36,074 bases of DNA, from IMG/VR virus record IMGVR_UViG_3300011335_000188, positions 1-36,074 of that record; one strand, 5' to 3'. How positions within the stretch are numbered: position 1 is the first letter of the stretch; the number at the start of each line of letters is the position of its first letter. The translations under genes and the position numbers were made by a program. Of the stretch, positions 9,049-17,752 are shown piece after piece. Source of the DNA: a virus. Taxonomy: Duplodnaviria; Caudoviricetes. The notes below the pieces were generated by a model. That model was not told the origin of the DNA. It was given only the letters and a program-made list of their open reading frames with translations, and searched no databases.

Positions 9049-10874
9049 TGGCTTTTGACCCTAATAAATATCTAGCTTCAAAACCAACAACAGCCCCATT
9101 AAATGTGGCTCAAGGTTTTGACCCTGATGCTTATTTAGCAGTAAGTCAAGGCAACATTATTAGTGGTGATGTACCTACTGTCGTGGGTCAAGTGCCAAAT
9201 CCACCTGTAATTGAGCCAAAACGCACAATGATGGACTATGTAAAATCATTGTACGAAGTGCCTGCAACCATAGCTACTGGGGCTGTTGCACCATTTTTAG
9301 GCGTTGGTAAAGGTATTGTTCAAAACATTCAACAAGGCACAAATCAGCGTGTAGATAGACCTGAATTAGCTCAACAGTTTCAATATCAGCCTACAAGCCC
9401 CGTAAGCCAAGATGTATTGCAAAGCATTGGTGGTGCGTTTGAAGCGTCTAAACTGCCACCAGTATTGCCTACAGGCATGATTCCTAGTTATGCCCGTATG
9501 GTTCAAGCAACACCCCCACAAGCTCGCCAAATAGGTCAAACTGTACAAGAAACAGCCCCTAAAATTGCCCAAGCATTACGCAAAGAGCCACAACCAACTA
9601 TGTCAGGCGTGGGTGCTGCACAAACCCCTGAAGCCCTAGTTAGAACACAAATGGCAGAACAGTTGCGTGTACCTGTTAAATTAACAAAAGGTCAAGCAAC
9701 TAAAGAATTGGGTCAGCAACAGTTTGAAATTGAAACTGCTAAGACATACCCACAAGATGTAGGCAAACCTATTATTGAAAGAAAATTAGACCAAAATCAA
9801 AGAATATTGTCTAACTTTGACGCATTTATTGAACCTTTGGGTGCAAAAACAGCCGCACCAATGAACTTATATGAAGTTGGTAAGGTAGTTGACTCTGCTT
9901 TGGTTAAAAGAGTTACTGATGCCAAAAAACAAATTAGAGATGCTTACAAATTAGCAGATGAAGCTGGTGAAACCCAAGCATTAATTGATGTTAAACCTTT
10001 GCAAACCTATTTAAATGGTTTGGAAGCCGAAGCTATCAACGCACCAATTATTACAAGTGCAAAAATGAAGCTCGATAAACTTGCACCTAATGGTGAAATT
10101 AGCATTAATCAATTAGAAGAAGTACGAAAAATGGTAGGCAAGCTATCAGGTAGCACACCTACTAATATGCAATTTGGTAAAGAAATCAATAATTTAATTG
10201 ATGCTTCTACTGAAGGCAAAGGTGGTAATTTATACCAAGATGCTAGAAAACTAAGAGCAAATTACGCTAGAGAGTTTGAAAATGTAGGCGTAGTTGACAA
10301 GTTATTAAGCAAAAAAGCGGGCACTACAGACAGAGCAGTAGCCCTAGAAGATGTATTTAATCATGCCATTCTTAAAGGTTCAGTAGATGATGTTCGTGCT
10401 ATAAGCAGAACGCTTAAACGGGCTGGCCCTGAAGGACAACAAGCCTATCGTGAATTATTGGCTCAGACCCTTGAACACATGAGAGAAGGTATTACTAAAA
10501 ACATCCAAAGAGATGCCAATAATAATCCTATTGTTTCTGCTAAACAATTTGACACAATCGTTAAAAACCTTGATGCGTCAGGTAAATTAGACTATTTGTT
10601 TACTAAAAAAGGTGCTGAAGAAATCCGCAATTTAAGAGATACGGCTATTCTTGTTTACGATGTACCACAAGGCATTAACACAGCAAATACATCAAGTGCA
10701 TTAACTAAGGTCTTTGACAAAATCCTACAAAAAATACCATTTGCAGGCCCAATGGTTGAAGCTGGTGCAGAAGCCTTAGAAAAACAGAAAATAGGTAAAC
10801 AGGTTCAAGAATCTATCAACTATTCTCCAAGTAAAATGGCAGAAGAATTGAAAAAAGGAATGAAAAATGAGTAG
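9048..10874 (+). CDS. Large DNA ejection/transfer protein
   Basis: 608 aa helical; duplicated FDPxxYLA N-terminal motif; last gene before tail fibre. Confidence 0.6.
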   Translation: MAFDPNKYLASKPTTAPLNVAQGFDPDAYLAVSQGNIISGDVPTVVGQVPNPPVIEPKRTMMDYVKSLYEVPATIATGAVAPFLGVGKGIVQNIQQGTNQRVDRPELAQQFQYQPTSPVSQDVLQSIGGAFEASKLPPVLPTGMIPSYARMVQATPPQARQIGQTVQETAPKIAQALRKEPQPTMSGVGAAQTPEALVRTQMAEQLRVPVKLTKGQATKELGQQQFEIETAKTYPQDVGKPIIERKLDQNQRILSNFDAFIEPLGAKTAAPMNLYEVGKVVDSALVKRVTDAKKQIRDAYKLADEAGETQALIDVKPLQTYLNGLEAEAINAPIITSAKMKLDKLAPNGEISINQLEEVRKMVGKLSGSTPTNMQFGKEINNLIDASTEGKGGNLYQDARKLRANYAREFENVGVVDKLLSKKAGTTDRAVALEDVFNHAILKGSVDDVRAISRTLKRAGPEGQQAYRELLAQTLEHMREGITKNIQRDANNNPIVSAKQFDTIVKNLDASGKLDYLFTKKGAEEIRNLRDTAILVYDVPQGINTANTSSALTKVFDKILQKIPFAGPMVEAGAEALEKQKIGKQVQESINYSPSKMAEELKKGMKNE

Positions 10875-11448
10875 AAACGGGTCAGGCACATATTCACTAC
10901 CTGCGGGTAATCCCGTAGTAACAGGCACAACCATCTCAAGTTCATGGGCTAATAACACCATGAATGACTTGGCTGCCGCTCTTACTGATTCGGTTGCCGC
11001 AGATGGTCAAACCCCAATGACGGGTAATTTAGACCTAAACACTAACAAAATTGTTAACTTAGTAGCGGGTTCAGTCGCTGGTGATGCAATAGAGTTTGCA
11101 CAATTTAAGACACCTACCTTTACAGGTAATGTGACAATGACTTCTACGGGGTTTGCATTAATTCCCGCAGGAACTACCGCAGAAAGACCCGTAAGCCCCG
11201 CAAATGGTCAGATTCGTTATAACACCACGACTTCTCAGTTTGAAGGCTATCAAGGCGGTGCATGGGGTCAATTAGGTGGTGGTGCTACGGGTGCAGGCGG
11301 TGATGAGGTATTTGTTGAAAACTCAAGAGTCGTCACGACAAACTACACAATTCCTGTAGGCAAATCAGCCGAAAGCGTTGGGCCTATCACGATTAATTCG
11401 GGAGTGACAGTTACAGTCAGTTCAGGCGAAAGATGGGTGGTATTGTAA
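10867..11448 (+). CDS. Short tail fibre anchor/adaptor protein
   Basis: MSRNGSGTYSLP anchor, GTTAERP..GQIRYN motif, C-terminus ...VTVTVSSGERWVVL. Confidence 0.75.
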   Translation: MSRNGSGTYSLPAGNPVVTGTTISSSWANNTMNDLAAALTDSVAADGQTPMTGNLDLNTNKIVNLVAGSVAGDAIEFAQFKTPTFTGNVTMTSTGFALIPAGTTAERPVSPANGQIRYNTTTSQFEGYQGGAWGQLGGGATGAGGDEVFVENSRVVTTNYTIPVGKSAESVGPITINSGVTVTVSSGERWVVL

Positions 11449-11484
11449 GATGAAAACCACTAAAATAATCAAAAGGAGTAAATA

Positions 11485-12012
11485 ATGTCGATTGTCTTAC
11501 AAGGCTCAACTAGCGGAAGTATCACACTACAAGAACCAGCCGTTGCTGGCTCTACTACATTAACTTTACCTGCAACTACGGGTAATGTAGTGGTGGATAC
11601 TGCTACACAAACTCTTACTAATAAAACATTAACAAGTCCAACACTAACTACACCAAACATTGATTCTGCTCAATTTGCCACAGTAAGTGGAACTGCTCCT
11701 ATATATCCGTGTCGTGCATGGGTGAACTTTAACGGCACTAGTACAGTCGCTATTCGTGCGAGTGGTAATGTAACTTCTATTACTGATAATGGTACTGGTG
11801 ATTACACAGTTAATTTTACGACTGCGATGCCTGATGTAAATTATTCTGTTCAAGCAATGGGTGGGCGATTGCCAAATGGCGGTGGTGGTGGGGAAAAACA
11901 GTCTTGGTGTTATGTTGATAATTACACCACAAGTTCTGTTAGAGTTTTAAATACCCAACCAAGCACAACAAACTTTGACCAACCAAGTATGTTTGTAGAA
12001 ATTATTCGATAG
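11485..12012 (+). CDS. Fibre tip / receptor-binding module 1
   Basis: TQTLTNKTL, RAWVNFNG, NVTSITDNGTGDYTVNF fibre motifs; AAGGAG RBS. Confidence 0.7.
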   Translation: MSIVLQGSTSGSITLQEPAVAGSTTLTLPATTGNVVVDTATQTLTNKTLTSPTLTTPNIDSAQFATVSGTAPIYPCRAWVNFNGTSTVAIRASGNVTSITDNGTGDYTVNFTTAMPDVNYSVQAMGGRLPNGGGGGEKQSWCYVDNYTTSSVRVLNTQPSTTNFDQPSMFVEIIR

Positions 12013-12020
12013 GACAGAGC

Positions 12021-12206
12021 ATGGACAAAAGAATTATTTACCCAACAGACGATGGTGTAGCCATTATTATTCCAGCCGATTGCGGATTAACGATTGAAGA
12101 AATTGTCGCTAAAGATGTTCCCGAAGGCAAGCCATACAAGATTGTTGATGTCGCTGACATTCCTACTGACCGCACATTCCGTAACGCATGGGAGTATCAA
12201 GAATGA
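12021..12206 (+). CDS. Fibre assembly chaperone-like protein
   Basis: AKDVPEGKPYKIVD..IPTDRTFRNAW, directly after fibre module 1. Confidence 0.65.
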   Translation: MDKRIIYPTDDGVAIIIPADCGLTIEEIVAKDVPEGKPYKIVDVADIPTDRTFRNAWEYQE

Positions 12207-12427
12207 TTACGATTAACTTTGAAAAAGCTAAAGCGATTACTAAAGACCGTTTGCGTGCGGAGCGTAAACCTTTACTAGAAGCCCAAGATGTTGCGTTTCA
12301 ACGAGCATTAGAGTCTGGTGCGGACACCACAGCAATCGTAGCTGAAAAGCAAAGACTTAGAGATATTACTCAACTAGCTGACCAAGCAACAACGCTTGAT
12401 GAGTTAAAACAACTAGGAGTAGCATAA
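12203..12427 (+). CDS. Fibre assembly chaperone-like protein
   Basis: ATG 12203 overlaps upstream TGA; LRAERKPLLEAQD...KQRLRDIT. Confidence 0.65.
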   Translation: MITINFEKAKAITKDRLRAERKPLLEAQDVAFQRALESGADTTAIVAEKQRLRDITQLADQATTLDELKQLGVA

Positions 12428-12987
12428 TGGCATCAATTATTACAGCCACCACTACAAGCGGACTTACTCAATCTGCTGATAATAGCGGTGTATTACAGTT
12501 AGCATCGGGTAGTGGTAACTTAGTTACTGTTCCATCGGTAACAGGAACAGCGATGGTTAGCGGTAATATGCCAGCGTTTAGTGCTTATGCTAATGCTGAC
12601 CAATCTGTAACCTCAAACACAAATACTAAAATTACTTTCCAAGTGGAAGATTTTGATACTGCAAATTGTTTTGCTTCTTCTACATTTACTCCTAATGTTG
12701 CTGGATATTATCAAATCAATGGTGTTTTGCGTGGAGCATCGACAGTAGCATTAACAGGTTTGTATATTACTCTTTATAAAAACGGCTCTGCATACTCAAG
12801 AGGTCAAGATGGCACAGGGGCGCAAGCACAAGCACAGGCTAATGGTTCATGGTTAGTTTATATGAATGGCTCAACGGATTATCTTGATTTATACGGAGCA
12901 GTAGTAAGTGCTGGTACAAATTCATTTTCATACAATTCAGCACCAATTACCTCTCGCTTTAGTGGTGTGTTAGTAAGGACGGCTTAA
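12427..12987 (+). CDS. Fibre tip module 2 (C1q/TNF-like beta sandwich)
   Basis: PAFSAY...KITFQVEDFDT...FTPNVAGYYQI...DYLDLY...FSGVLV. Confidence 0.7.
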   Translation: MASIITATTTSGLTQSADNSGVLQLASGSGNLVTVPSVTGTAMVSGNMPAFSAYANADQSVTSNTNTKITFQVEDFDTANCFASSTFTPNVAGYYQINGVLRGASTVALTGLYITLYKNGSAYSRGQDGTGAQAQAQANGSWLVYMNGSTDYLDLYGAVVSAGTNSFSYNSAPITSRFSGVLVRTA

Positions 12988-12988
12988 T

Positions 12989-13150
12989 ATGACACTTTAT
13001 GACAAACTAATCAAACTTTACCCAAGTCTTGAAAATAAAGATTTTGCTACTGTCATCACCCTTCAAAACGATTCAGACGGCAAAGGCGATTACATAGCAA
13101 AGTGGGAACATCCTACTCTACCCCGCCCAACAGATGAGGAGTTAGCATAA
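12989..13150 (+). CDS. XkdW-like fibre chaperone (53 aa, not in ORF track)
   Basis: MTLYDKLIKLYPSL...LQNDSDGKGDYIAKWEHPTLPRPTDEELA. Confidence 0.7.
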   Translation: MTLYDKLIKLYPSLENKDFATVITLQNDSDGKGDYIAKWEHPTLPRPTDEELA

Positions 13151-13671
13151 TGCCTATTACATTAGACGGCACATTAGCTGACCGATTTAATGAAGCCTTT
13201 GAGTATAAGGCTGGCGAATTGTATTGGAAAATCAACCCCAATAAGTCCAAGAAGCATATTGGCAAACTTGCTGGCTACAAGAAAAGCACGACAGAGTATG
13301 GGGTTGTAATGCTAGATAAGAAGTCTTATTGCTTGCACAAGGTCATATTCTGCATGAATCATGGCTGGATGCCTGAGGTTGTTGACCATATTAACGGTGA
13401 TAAGAAAGACCATCGCATTGAGAATCTGCGTGCCGCAACCCATGTAACCAACAATTACAATAAAACGGTGCAAAGCAACAATAAGCTAGGTCTGAAGAAT
13501 ATCTCGTATCACAGCAAGAATAAGAAGTATTGGGTTCAATTAACGCAGAACCGCAAAAAGATTTACAGTCAAATGTTTGACAATTTAGAACTTGCCGAAC
13601 TTGTAGCAGTCATGGCAAGAGAAAAGTTTCATGGCGAATTTGCTAATCATGGAGATTTAAGATGCCAGTAA
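13150..13671 (+). CDS. HNH homing endonuclease with AP2-like C-terminus
   Basis: LHKVIF..VDHINGDKKDHRIENLR; NNKLGLKNI...KYWVQL...REKFHGEFA. Confidence 0.85.
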   Translation: MPITLDGTLADRFNEAFEYKAGELYWKINPNKSKKHIGKLAGYKKSTTEYGVVMLDKKSYCLHKVIFCMNHGWMPEVVDHINGDKKDHRIENLRAATHVTNNYNKTVQSNNKLGLKNISYHSKNKKYWVQLTQNRKKIYSQMFDNLELAELVAVMAREKFHGEFANHGDLRCQ

Positions 13672-14393
13672 TCATAGACGGAACAAGTGGGGTCAGCACA
13701 CCGAACACCTTTGCGTTCAAAAACAGGTTAATCAATGCACAACTATTGATAAATCAGCGTGGAGTATCAGGCACAGTATCTTTATCGGCTGGTGCTTACG
13801 GACACGATAGATTTAAGGCTGGTGCTAGTGGATGCACATATACATTTTCAACCACTAATAATGTAACTACATTAACCATTAGTTCTGGTTCATTACAACA
13901 AGTCATCGAAGGATTGAACCTAGAATCAGGCACATATACTTTGTCGTGGACAGGCACAGCACAAGGTAAGATTGGTGCTGGTAGCTATGGTGCAAGTGGC
14001 ATTACAGGCTCAATTACTGGCGGCACAAACACTACGATTGAGTTTAATACTGGCACTTTATCTTTGCCACAACTCGAAGTAGGCTCTACAGCTACTAGCT
14101 TTGATTACAGACCTTATGGAACTGAATTGGCTTTGTGTCAGAGGTATTATTTAACTAACTCGTCAACTATATTTATGTATGGATATGGCAATTTGCCAGC
14201 ATCTAACACTTCAGCGGTGGTGTATTACCCTGTTTCTATGAGGGCTACACCAACAGTTACTTTAGGAACAATTACTTTTGCTTCGGGAGTTGCAACATCT
14301 CATGTCGGAGTTTTAAGTTTTCTTACTGACGGGGTAACAACATCGGCAGCTGCTGGCAGATTTGCAGGTTATACAGTTTCTGCTGAATTGTAA
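13662..14393 (+). CDS. Fibre tip module 3
   Basis: FKNRLINA..INQRG, QLEVGSTATSFDYRPYGTELALCQRYY, MRATPTV, ends SAEL. Confidence 0.75.
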   Translation: MPVIIDGTSGVSTPNTFAFKNRLINAQLLINQRGVSGTVSLSAGAYGHDRFKAGASGCTYTFSTTNNVTTLTISSGSLQQVIEGLNLESGTYTLSWTGTAQGKIGAGSYGASGITGSITGGTNTTIEFNTGTLSLPQLEVGSTATSFDYRPYGTELALCQRYYLTNSSTIFMYGYGNLPASNTSAVVYYPVSMRATPTVTLGTITFASGVATSHVGVLSFLTDGVTTSAAAGRFAGYTVSAEL

Positions 14394-14402
14394 GGACAAA
14401 AT

Positions 14403-14609
14403 ATGTATAAGCAAAATAAAGATAACGAAGGTCAAATTCGTGATAACCAAATTCAGCGTATTGCTGATGGTGCATTTATCCCATTCGACCCAGCCAACAC
14501 CGACTACGCAAACTTCAAGAAAGAAATCCTTGCTGACGAAGCCCAACTTCTTGATGCGGATGGGAATGTGATGACTGATGCTAAAGCGTATGTTGAGAGT
14601 TTGCCATAA
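14403..14609 (+). CDS. Fibre chaperone-like protein
   Basis: IQRIADGAFIPFDPANTDYANF, follows module 3. Confidence 0.65.
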   Translation: MYKQNKDNEGQIRDNQIQRIADGAFIPFDPANTDYANFKKEILADEAQLLDADGNVMTDAKAYVESLP

Positions 14610-14776
14610 TGTTTATCATTGACTGGGTTTTCGATAAGATGGGTTACACCAAAAAGGTGCATTGGCTTACTTTACTCAATGATTGGCAAGGTGAAGTAAA
14701 AGCCACGCCTAAAAAGAAAGTGGTACGCAAACCTGCCGTCAAAAAGACTCCTACTGTTAGGAAGAAAAATGGCTAA
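14609..14776 (+). CDS. Small basic protein (55 aa, not in ORF track)
   Basis: MFIIDWVFDKMG...KATPKKKVVRKPAVKK; TAATG coupling. Confidence 0.55.
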   Translation: MFIIDWVFDKMGYTKKVHWLTLLNDWQGEVKATPKKKVVRKPAVKKTPTVRKKNG

Positions 14777-14936
14777 CGAGATTGAAAAAGAAATCGTCAA
14801 AGAAGCCATTAAAGAGTGGTTAAACGAGAAAGTAGCCCAGTTTGGTTGGTTCTCTCTACGAACATTGTTTTATGTCTTTGTAGCTGGTTTAGGCTATGCC
14901 TACCTAACAACTCATGGGTGGTCTTTGCCAAAATGA
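14769..14936 (+). CDS. Small single-TM membrane protein, holin/antiholin candidate (55 aa, not in ORF track)
   Basis: KEAIKEWLNEKVAQFGWFSLRTLFYVFVAGLGYAYL; in lysis region. Confidence 0.6.
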   Translation: MANEIEKEIVKEAIKEWLNEKVAQFGWFSLRTLFYVFVAGLGYAYLTTHGWSLPK

Positions 14937-14940
14937 AACT

Positions 14941-15375
14941 ATGGAACTTCACGAAGGGATTAAAACCCTAACCAGTAACCTTGATACAAGCCGTCAATCG
15001 GCTAAAGAACTGTCTAAAAGTATTGAGAATGTACAAAAAGAAGCTACCGATGTTGCAGTACAAAGAAACATAGATAGACGCAGAGAGTTACGAGAAAACG
15101 AAGTACGCAAGGAACTGTTCTTAAAACGAGTCCTAATTCAATGGGAACACGAAGAACGGATTAGGCGAGAAGAAGCACAAATTAGAGCCGACTTTCTTAA
15201 GAAATACGGCAAACGCTGGGCAGAAGTCGAAGCGTTAAAAGCTAAGTTAGAGAAGCAAGAAAAAGAGTTTCAGAAAGAATTTAACAAAGATTTAAACAAA
15301 GCTAAAGTTGCACAGTTTTGGTGTTTTGCGGTAGCTGGCGTAATAGCTTACTTTTTAGTATGGGGTTATAAATAA
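14941..15375 (+). CDS. Coiled-coil protein with C-terminal TM helix (lysis region)
   Basis: Charged coiled coil then FWCFAVAGVIAYFLVW. Confidence 0.6.
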   Translation: MELHEGIKTLTSNLDTSRQSAKELSKSIENVQKEATDVAVQRNIDRRRELRENEVRKELFLKRVLIQWEHEERIRREEAQIRADFLKKYGKRWAEVEALKAKLEKQEKEFQKEFNKDLNKAKVAQFWCFAVAGVIAYFLVWGYK

Positions 15376-15773
15376 TGTTTCCATTGACAGCAATTCTTGA
15401 TATTGGCACAAAGCTCATTGACAAGCTCATCCCCGACCCCGAAGCAAAGGCTAAGGCTCAGTTAGAACTGGTAAAACTTCAACAAGAAGGCGAATTGGCT
15501 AAGATGCAAGCCGATATAGCCGAAGCCCAAGAGGTTACAAAGCGTTGGGAAGCCGATATGTCTAGTGACAGTTGGTTATCCAAAAACATCCGCCCAATGG
15601 CTCTAATCGCTATATTTGGGGCTTATTTCCTATTCGCTATGATGTCTGCCTTTGGCTACGATGCTAACCAAAACTATGTCCAGTTGCTTGGTCAATGGGG
15701 TCAAATCGTATTTTTAGCCTATTTTGGTGGTAGAACGGCTGAAAAGATTATTGAGATGAAAGCTAAAAAATGA
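15375..15773 (+). CDS. Holin (GTA 3TM-holin-like)
   Basis: KLIDKLIPDP, SDSWLSKNIRP, AYFGGRTAEK; hydrophobic segments; next to endolysin. Confidence 0.8.
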   Translation: MFPLTAILDIGTKLIDKLIPDPEAKAKAQLELVKLQQEGELAKMQADIAEAQEVTKRWEADMSSDSWLSKNIRPMALIAIFGAYFLFAMMSAFGYDANQNYVQLLGQWGQIVFLAYFGGRTAEKIIEMKAKK

Positions 15774-15789
15774 ACCGAATGGTTAGGCT

Positions 15790-16311
15790 ATGAGCCGATT
15801 TGAGGATTGTTTAGCTCGTATATTGAAACACGAAGGTGGTTATGTAAACGACCCGCTTGATTCAGGCGGCAGAACCAATTTAGGGGTCACACAGAGGGTT
15901 TGGGAAGAATTTGTAGGGCATCCTGTTACCGAAGCCGATATGAAGGCTCTAACCCCCGAAAAAATAGCCCCAATGTACAAATTAAAGTATTGGAATCCTA
16001 GCTACTGTGAAGTCTTACCGAAAGGACTAGATTATGTGGTATTTGATTTTGCCGTTAATGCAGGGACAGGGCGAAGCGTTAAGACTTTACAACAGGCGAT
16101 TGGATGCGTGGCTGATGGAGTTATCGGGCCTAAGACTATGGCAGTCATTAATGATGCAAACCCTAAAGACCTTATTGCAAAGTTTTCAGACGCTAGGGCA
16201 GACTTTTATCAAGGTATAGTTGCAAGAAAACCCGACCAAGCTCGCTTTATTAAAGGTTGGCTTAATCGGGTTGAGGAGTCTAGAAAACTAGCTCTTGAGG
16301 AAAATAATTAA
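15790..16311 (+). CDS. Endolysin, glycoside hydrolase family 108 with PG-binding domain
   Basis: HEGGYVNDPLDSGGRTNLGVT, FDFAVNAG, DGVIGPKT, GWLNRV. Confidence 0.9.
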   Translation: MSRFEDCLARILKHEGGYVNDPLDSGGRTNLGVTQRVWEEFVGHPVTEADMKALTPEKIAPMYKLKYWNPSYCEVLPKGLDYVVFDFAVNAGTGRSVKTLQQAIGCVADGVIGPKTMAVINDANPKDLIAKFSDARADFYQGIVARKPDQARFIKGWLNRVEESRKLALEENN

Positions 16312-16491
16312 AACAATAAACAGTCCTAGTATTAACAAGGCTTTTTCTGTCCAATACGCCCTGTTAAGACGGGCAGGGTCGTAAATCAAATAAGACTGAA
16401 GCTCTAGCATATCGGAATCAGTTTCAACATACTTAGGTGGCACATAATACTTACCGATTTGTACTTTGCCGTTGTTGTATGGAATGTTCAT
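16288..16491 (-). CDS. Small membrane protein
   Basis: 67 aa, C-terminal TM; ATGA-coupled chain of early genes. Confidence 0.6.
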   Translation of the reverse strand: MNIPYNNGKVQIGKYYVPPKYVETDSDMLELQSYLIYDPARLNRAYWTEKALLILGLFIVLIIFLKS

Positions 16492-16733
16492 TTAATACCA
16501 TGCCTTTCTTCTATTGCTCTAGCAAATTTATGCTGATTAAAAATCATTGACCCATCAGCAGGATATACATAGCATCTCATAGATATTTCGTTTATTTCCT
16601 CATCACTTAATGGCTTTAACTGTGGTGAACAAGTATGAATAGAATCGCCAGTTACTCTTTGACCGCAAGCAACGCAAGAAGTCCAAGTATCGTAAGCATT
16701 TAAAGTAATTGTGCCGTCATGATTTGTTTTCAT
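16488..16733 (-). CDS. Hypothetical early protein (Cys/His N-terminus, KPLS..RAIEERHGIK module)
   Basis: CVACG...HTC; C-terminus shared with neighbour. Confidence 0.65.
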   Translation of the reverse strand: MKTNHDGTITLNAYDTWTSCVACGQRVTGDSIHTCSPQLKPLSDEEINEISMRCYVYPADGSMIFNQHKFARAIEERHGIK

Positions 16734-16763
16734 TTAATCCCATGCCTTTCTTCAATAGCTCTA
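16488..16763. repeat. 34-bp imperfect direct repeat (16488-16521 and 16730-16763)
   Basis: 31/34 identical, encoding RAIEERHGIK-stop on the minus strand. Confidence 0.85.
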
Positions 16764-16939
16764 CATAACTCATAATCGCTAACTTTATTAATAATTAAGT
16801 CATAAATTTCGTTTTTGCTTAATGGCTTTGGTGCAACAATTAATGGAACAGGATATTTTTTATATAGCTTTAATCGAGTGCGTTCCTCAAGCGTACAAAC
16901 ATAATCTCTTGATTTGCTGTAATAAGCTATTGGTTTCAT
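16730..16939 (-). CDS. Hypothetical early protein (KPLS..RAIEERHGIK module)
   Basis: 69 aa, coupled overlap, paralogous C-terminus. Confidence 0.65.
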   Translation of the reverse strand: MKPIAYYSKSRDYVCTLEERTRLKLYKKYPVPLIVAPKPLSKNEIYDLIINKVSDYELCRAIEERHGIK

Positions 16940-17022
16940 AGATACCCCGCTAAACCATAACCTAGAGTTGTACAGGCTACTGCAAATAAGACAAATAAAA
17001 TTGTAGCTACAAATGGGTTCAT
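16936..17022 (-). CDS. 28-aa hydrophobic peptide (not in ORF track)
   Basis: MNPFVATILFVLFAVACTTLGYGLAGYL; ATGA overlaps at both ends. Confidence 0.6.
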   Translation of the reverse strand: MNPFVATILFVLFAVACTTLGYGLAGYL

Positions 17023-17213
17023 TCGTTCCTCGCTTCCATCATTGCATCTGCCATCTGATACGCTTCTTTTGAAACACTAAAATTGCCACAATCTTCCCAT
17101 GACAACATGGCTTGCATAGCTTTAGCTGCAAAGTAATCACGCAAGTCCATGCCTTCAGGGTTAGGTGGCATACCCTTTTGATGAACCCAATTTACTGTTG
17201 GAAAGGCTTTCAT
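17019..17213 (-). CDS. Conserved small phage protein (GMDLRDYFAAKAMQ type)
   Basis: AFP...GMDLRDYFAAKAMQA...AYQMADAMMEAR motif. Confidence 0.75.
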   Translation of the reverse strand: MKAFPTVNWVHQKGMPPNPEGMDLRDYFAAKAMQAMLSWEDCGNFSVSKEAYQMADAMMEARNE

Positions 17214-17413
17214 GAGTTCACCATATCGTTGATTGCTTCTTGGATTTGTTCAAATATTGGGTTATTAGCGACCATCTCATAAATGCTAATGCCACCCACC
17301 TCTAAGTCCTCAATCTCTACATAATTACCCATGATGCCAACATCAGGCTCACTAGGCAATTCTGTGCCATACACATCAATAGGCGTATCGCCAATCGTTA
17401 CAGTACCAATCAT
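17210..17413 (-). CDS. Acidic hypothetical protein
   Basis: 67 aa, GGGGGA RBS. Confidence 0.65.
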   Translation of the reverse strand: MIGTVTIGDTPIDVYGTELPSEPDVGIMGNYVEIEDLEVGGISIYEMVANNPIFEQIQEAINDMVNS

Positions 17414-17502
17414 GATATTCCCCCAGTTCTGATTACATAAACAATAGCAGGTATGCCAAACGCCAACACACCTGCAACCATACCTAATAAAAAGTCTTTC
17501 AT
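17410..17502 (-). CDS. 30-aa hydrophobic peptide (not in ORF track)
   Basis: MKDFLLGMVAGVLAFGIPAIVYVIRTGGIS; GGGGGA RBS; ATGA overlap. Confidence 0.6.
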   Translation of the reverse strand: MKDFLLGMVAGVLAFGIPAIVYVIRTGGIS

Positions 17503-17512
17503 AGTTTCCCCC

Positions 17513-17533
17513 AAGAAAAGCCCCCGTAGGGGC
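17513..17533 (-). terminator. Short hairpin/terminator with UACG tetraloop
   Basis: Minus strand GCCCC-TACG-GGGGC then TTTTCTT. Confidence 0.55.
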
Positions 17534-17539
17534 GATTAA

Positions 17540-17719
17540 TTAACTTTGATATTGCTTGGGTAATTTGGCACGAGCTTGCGTAACATCTGAAGCCTGATAA
17601 TCGGCACAGATTGGAAACTCATCACCATTAGCCAAAACTGCTATCCAAGCACCGCCAACAGTAGCTTTAATACGGGCGTTGTAGCGTGACTCTTGTTTGT
17701 AAATTTCTTTAACTTGCAT
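17540..17719 (-). CDS. Hypothetical 59-aa early protein (not in ORF track)
   Basis: MQVKEIYKQESRYNARIKATVGGAWIAVL...; AGGGGGA RBS; first gene after the leftward promoter. Confidence 0.6.
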   Translation of the reverse strand: MQVKEIYKQESRYNARIKATVGGAWIAVLANGDEFPICADYQASDVTQARAKLPKQYQS

Positions 17720-17752
17720 TTTTAAATCCCCCTTTGGTTAAACAACAACTCC

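Noticed and set aside
13150-13671. Group I intron around the HNH gene
   Set aside because: The insert is fully coding with no room for a ribozyme core
10867-14609. Diversity-generating retroelement or invertible fibre cassette
   Set aside because: No reverse transcriptase, invertase, TR/VR pair or inverted crossover sites seen
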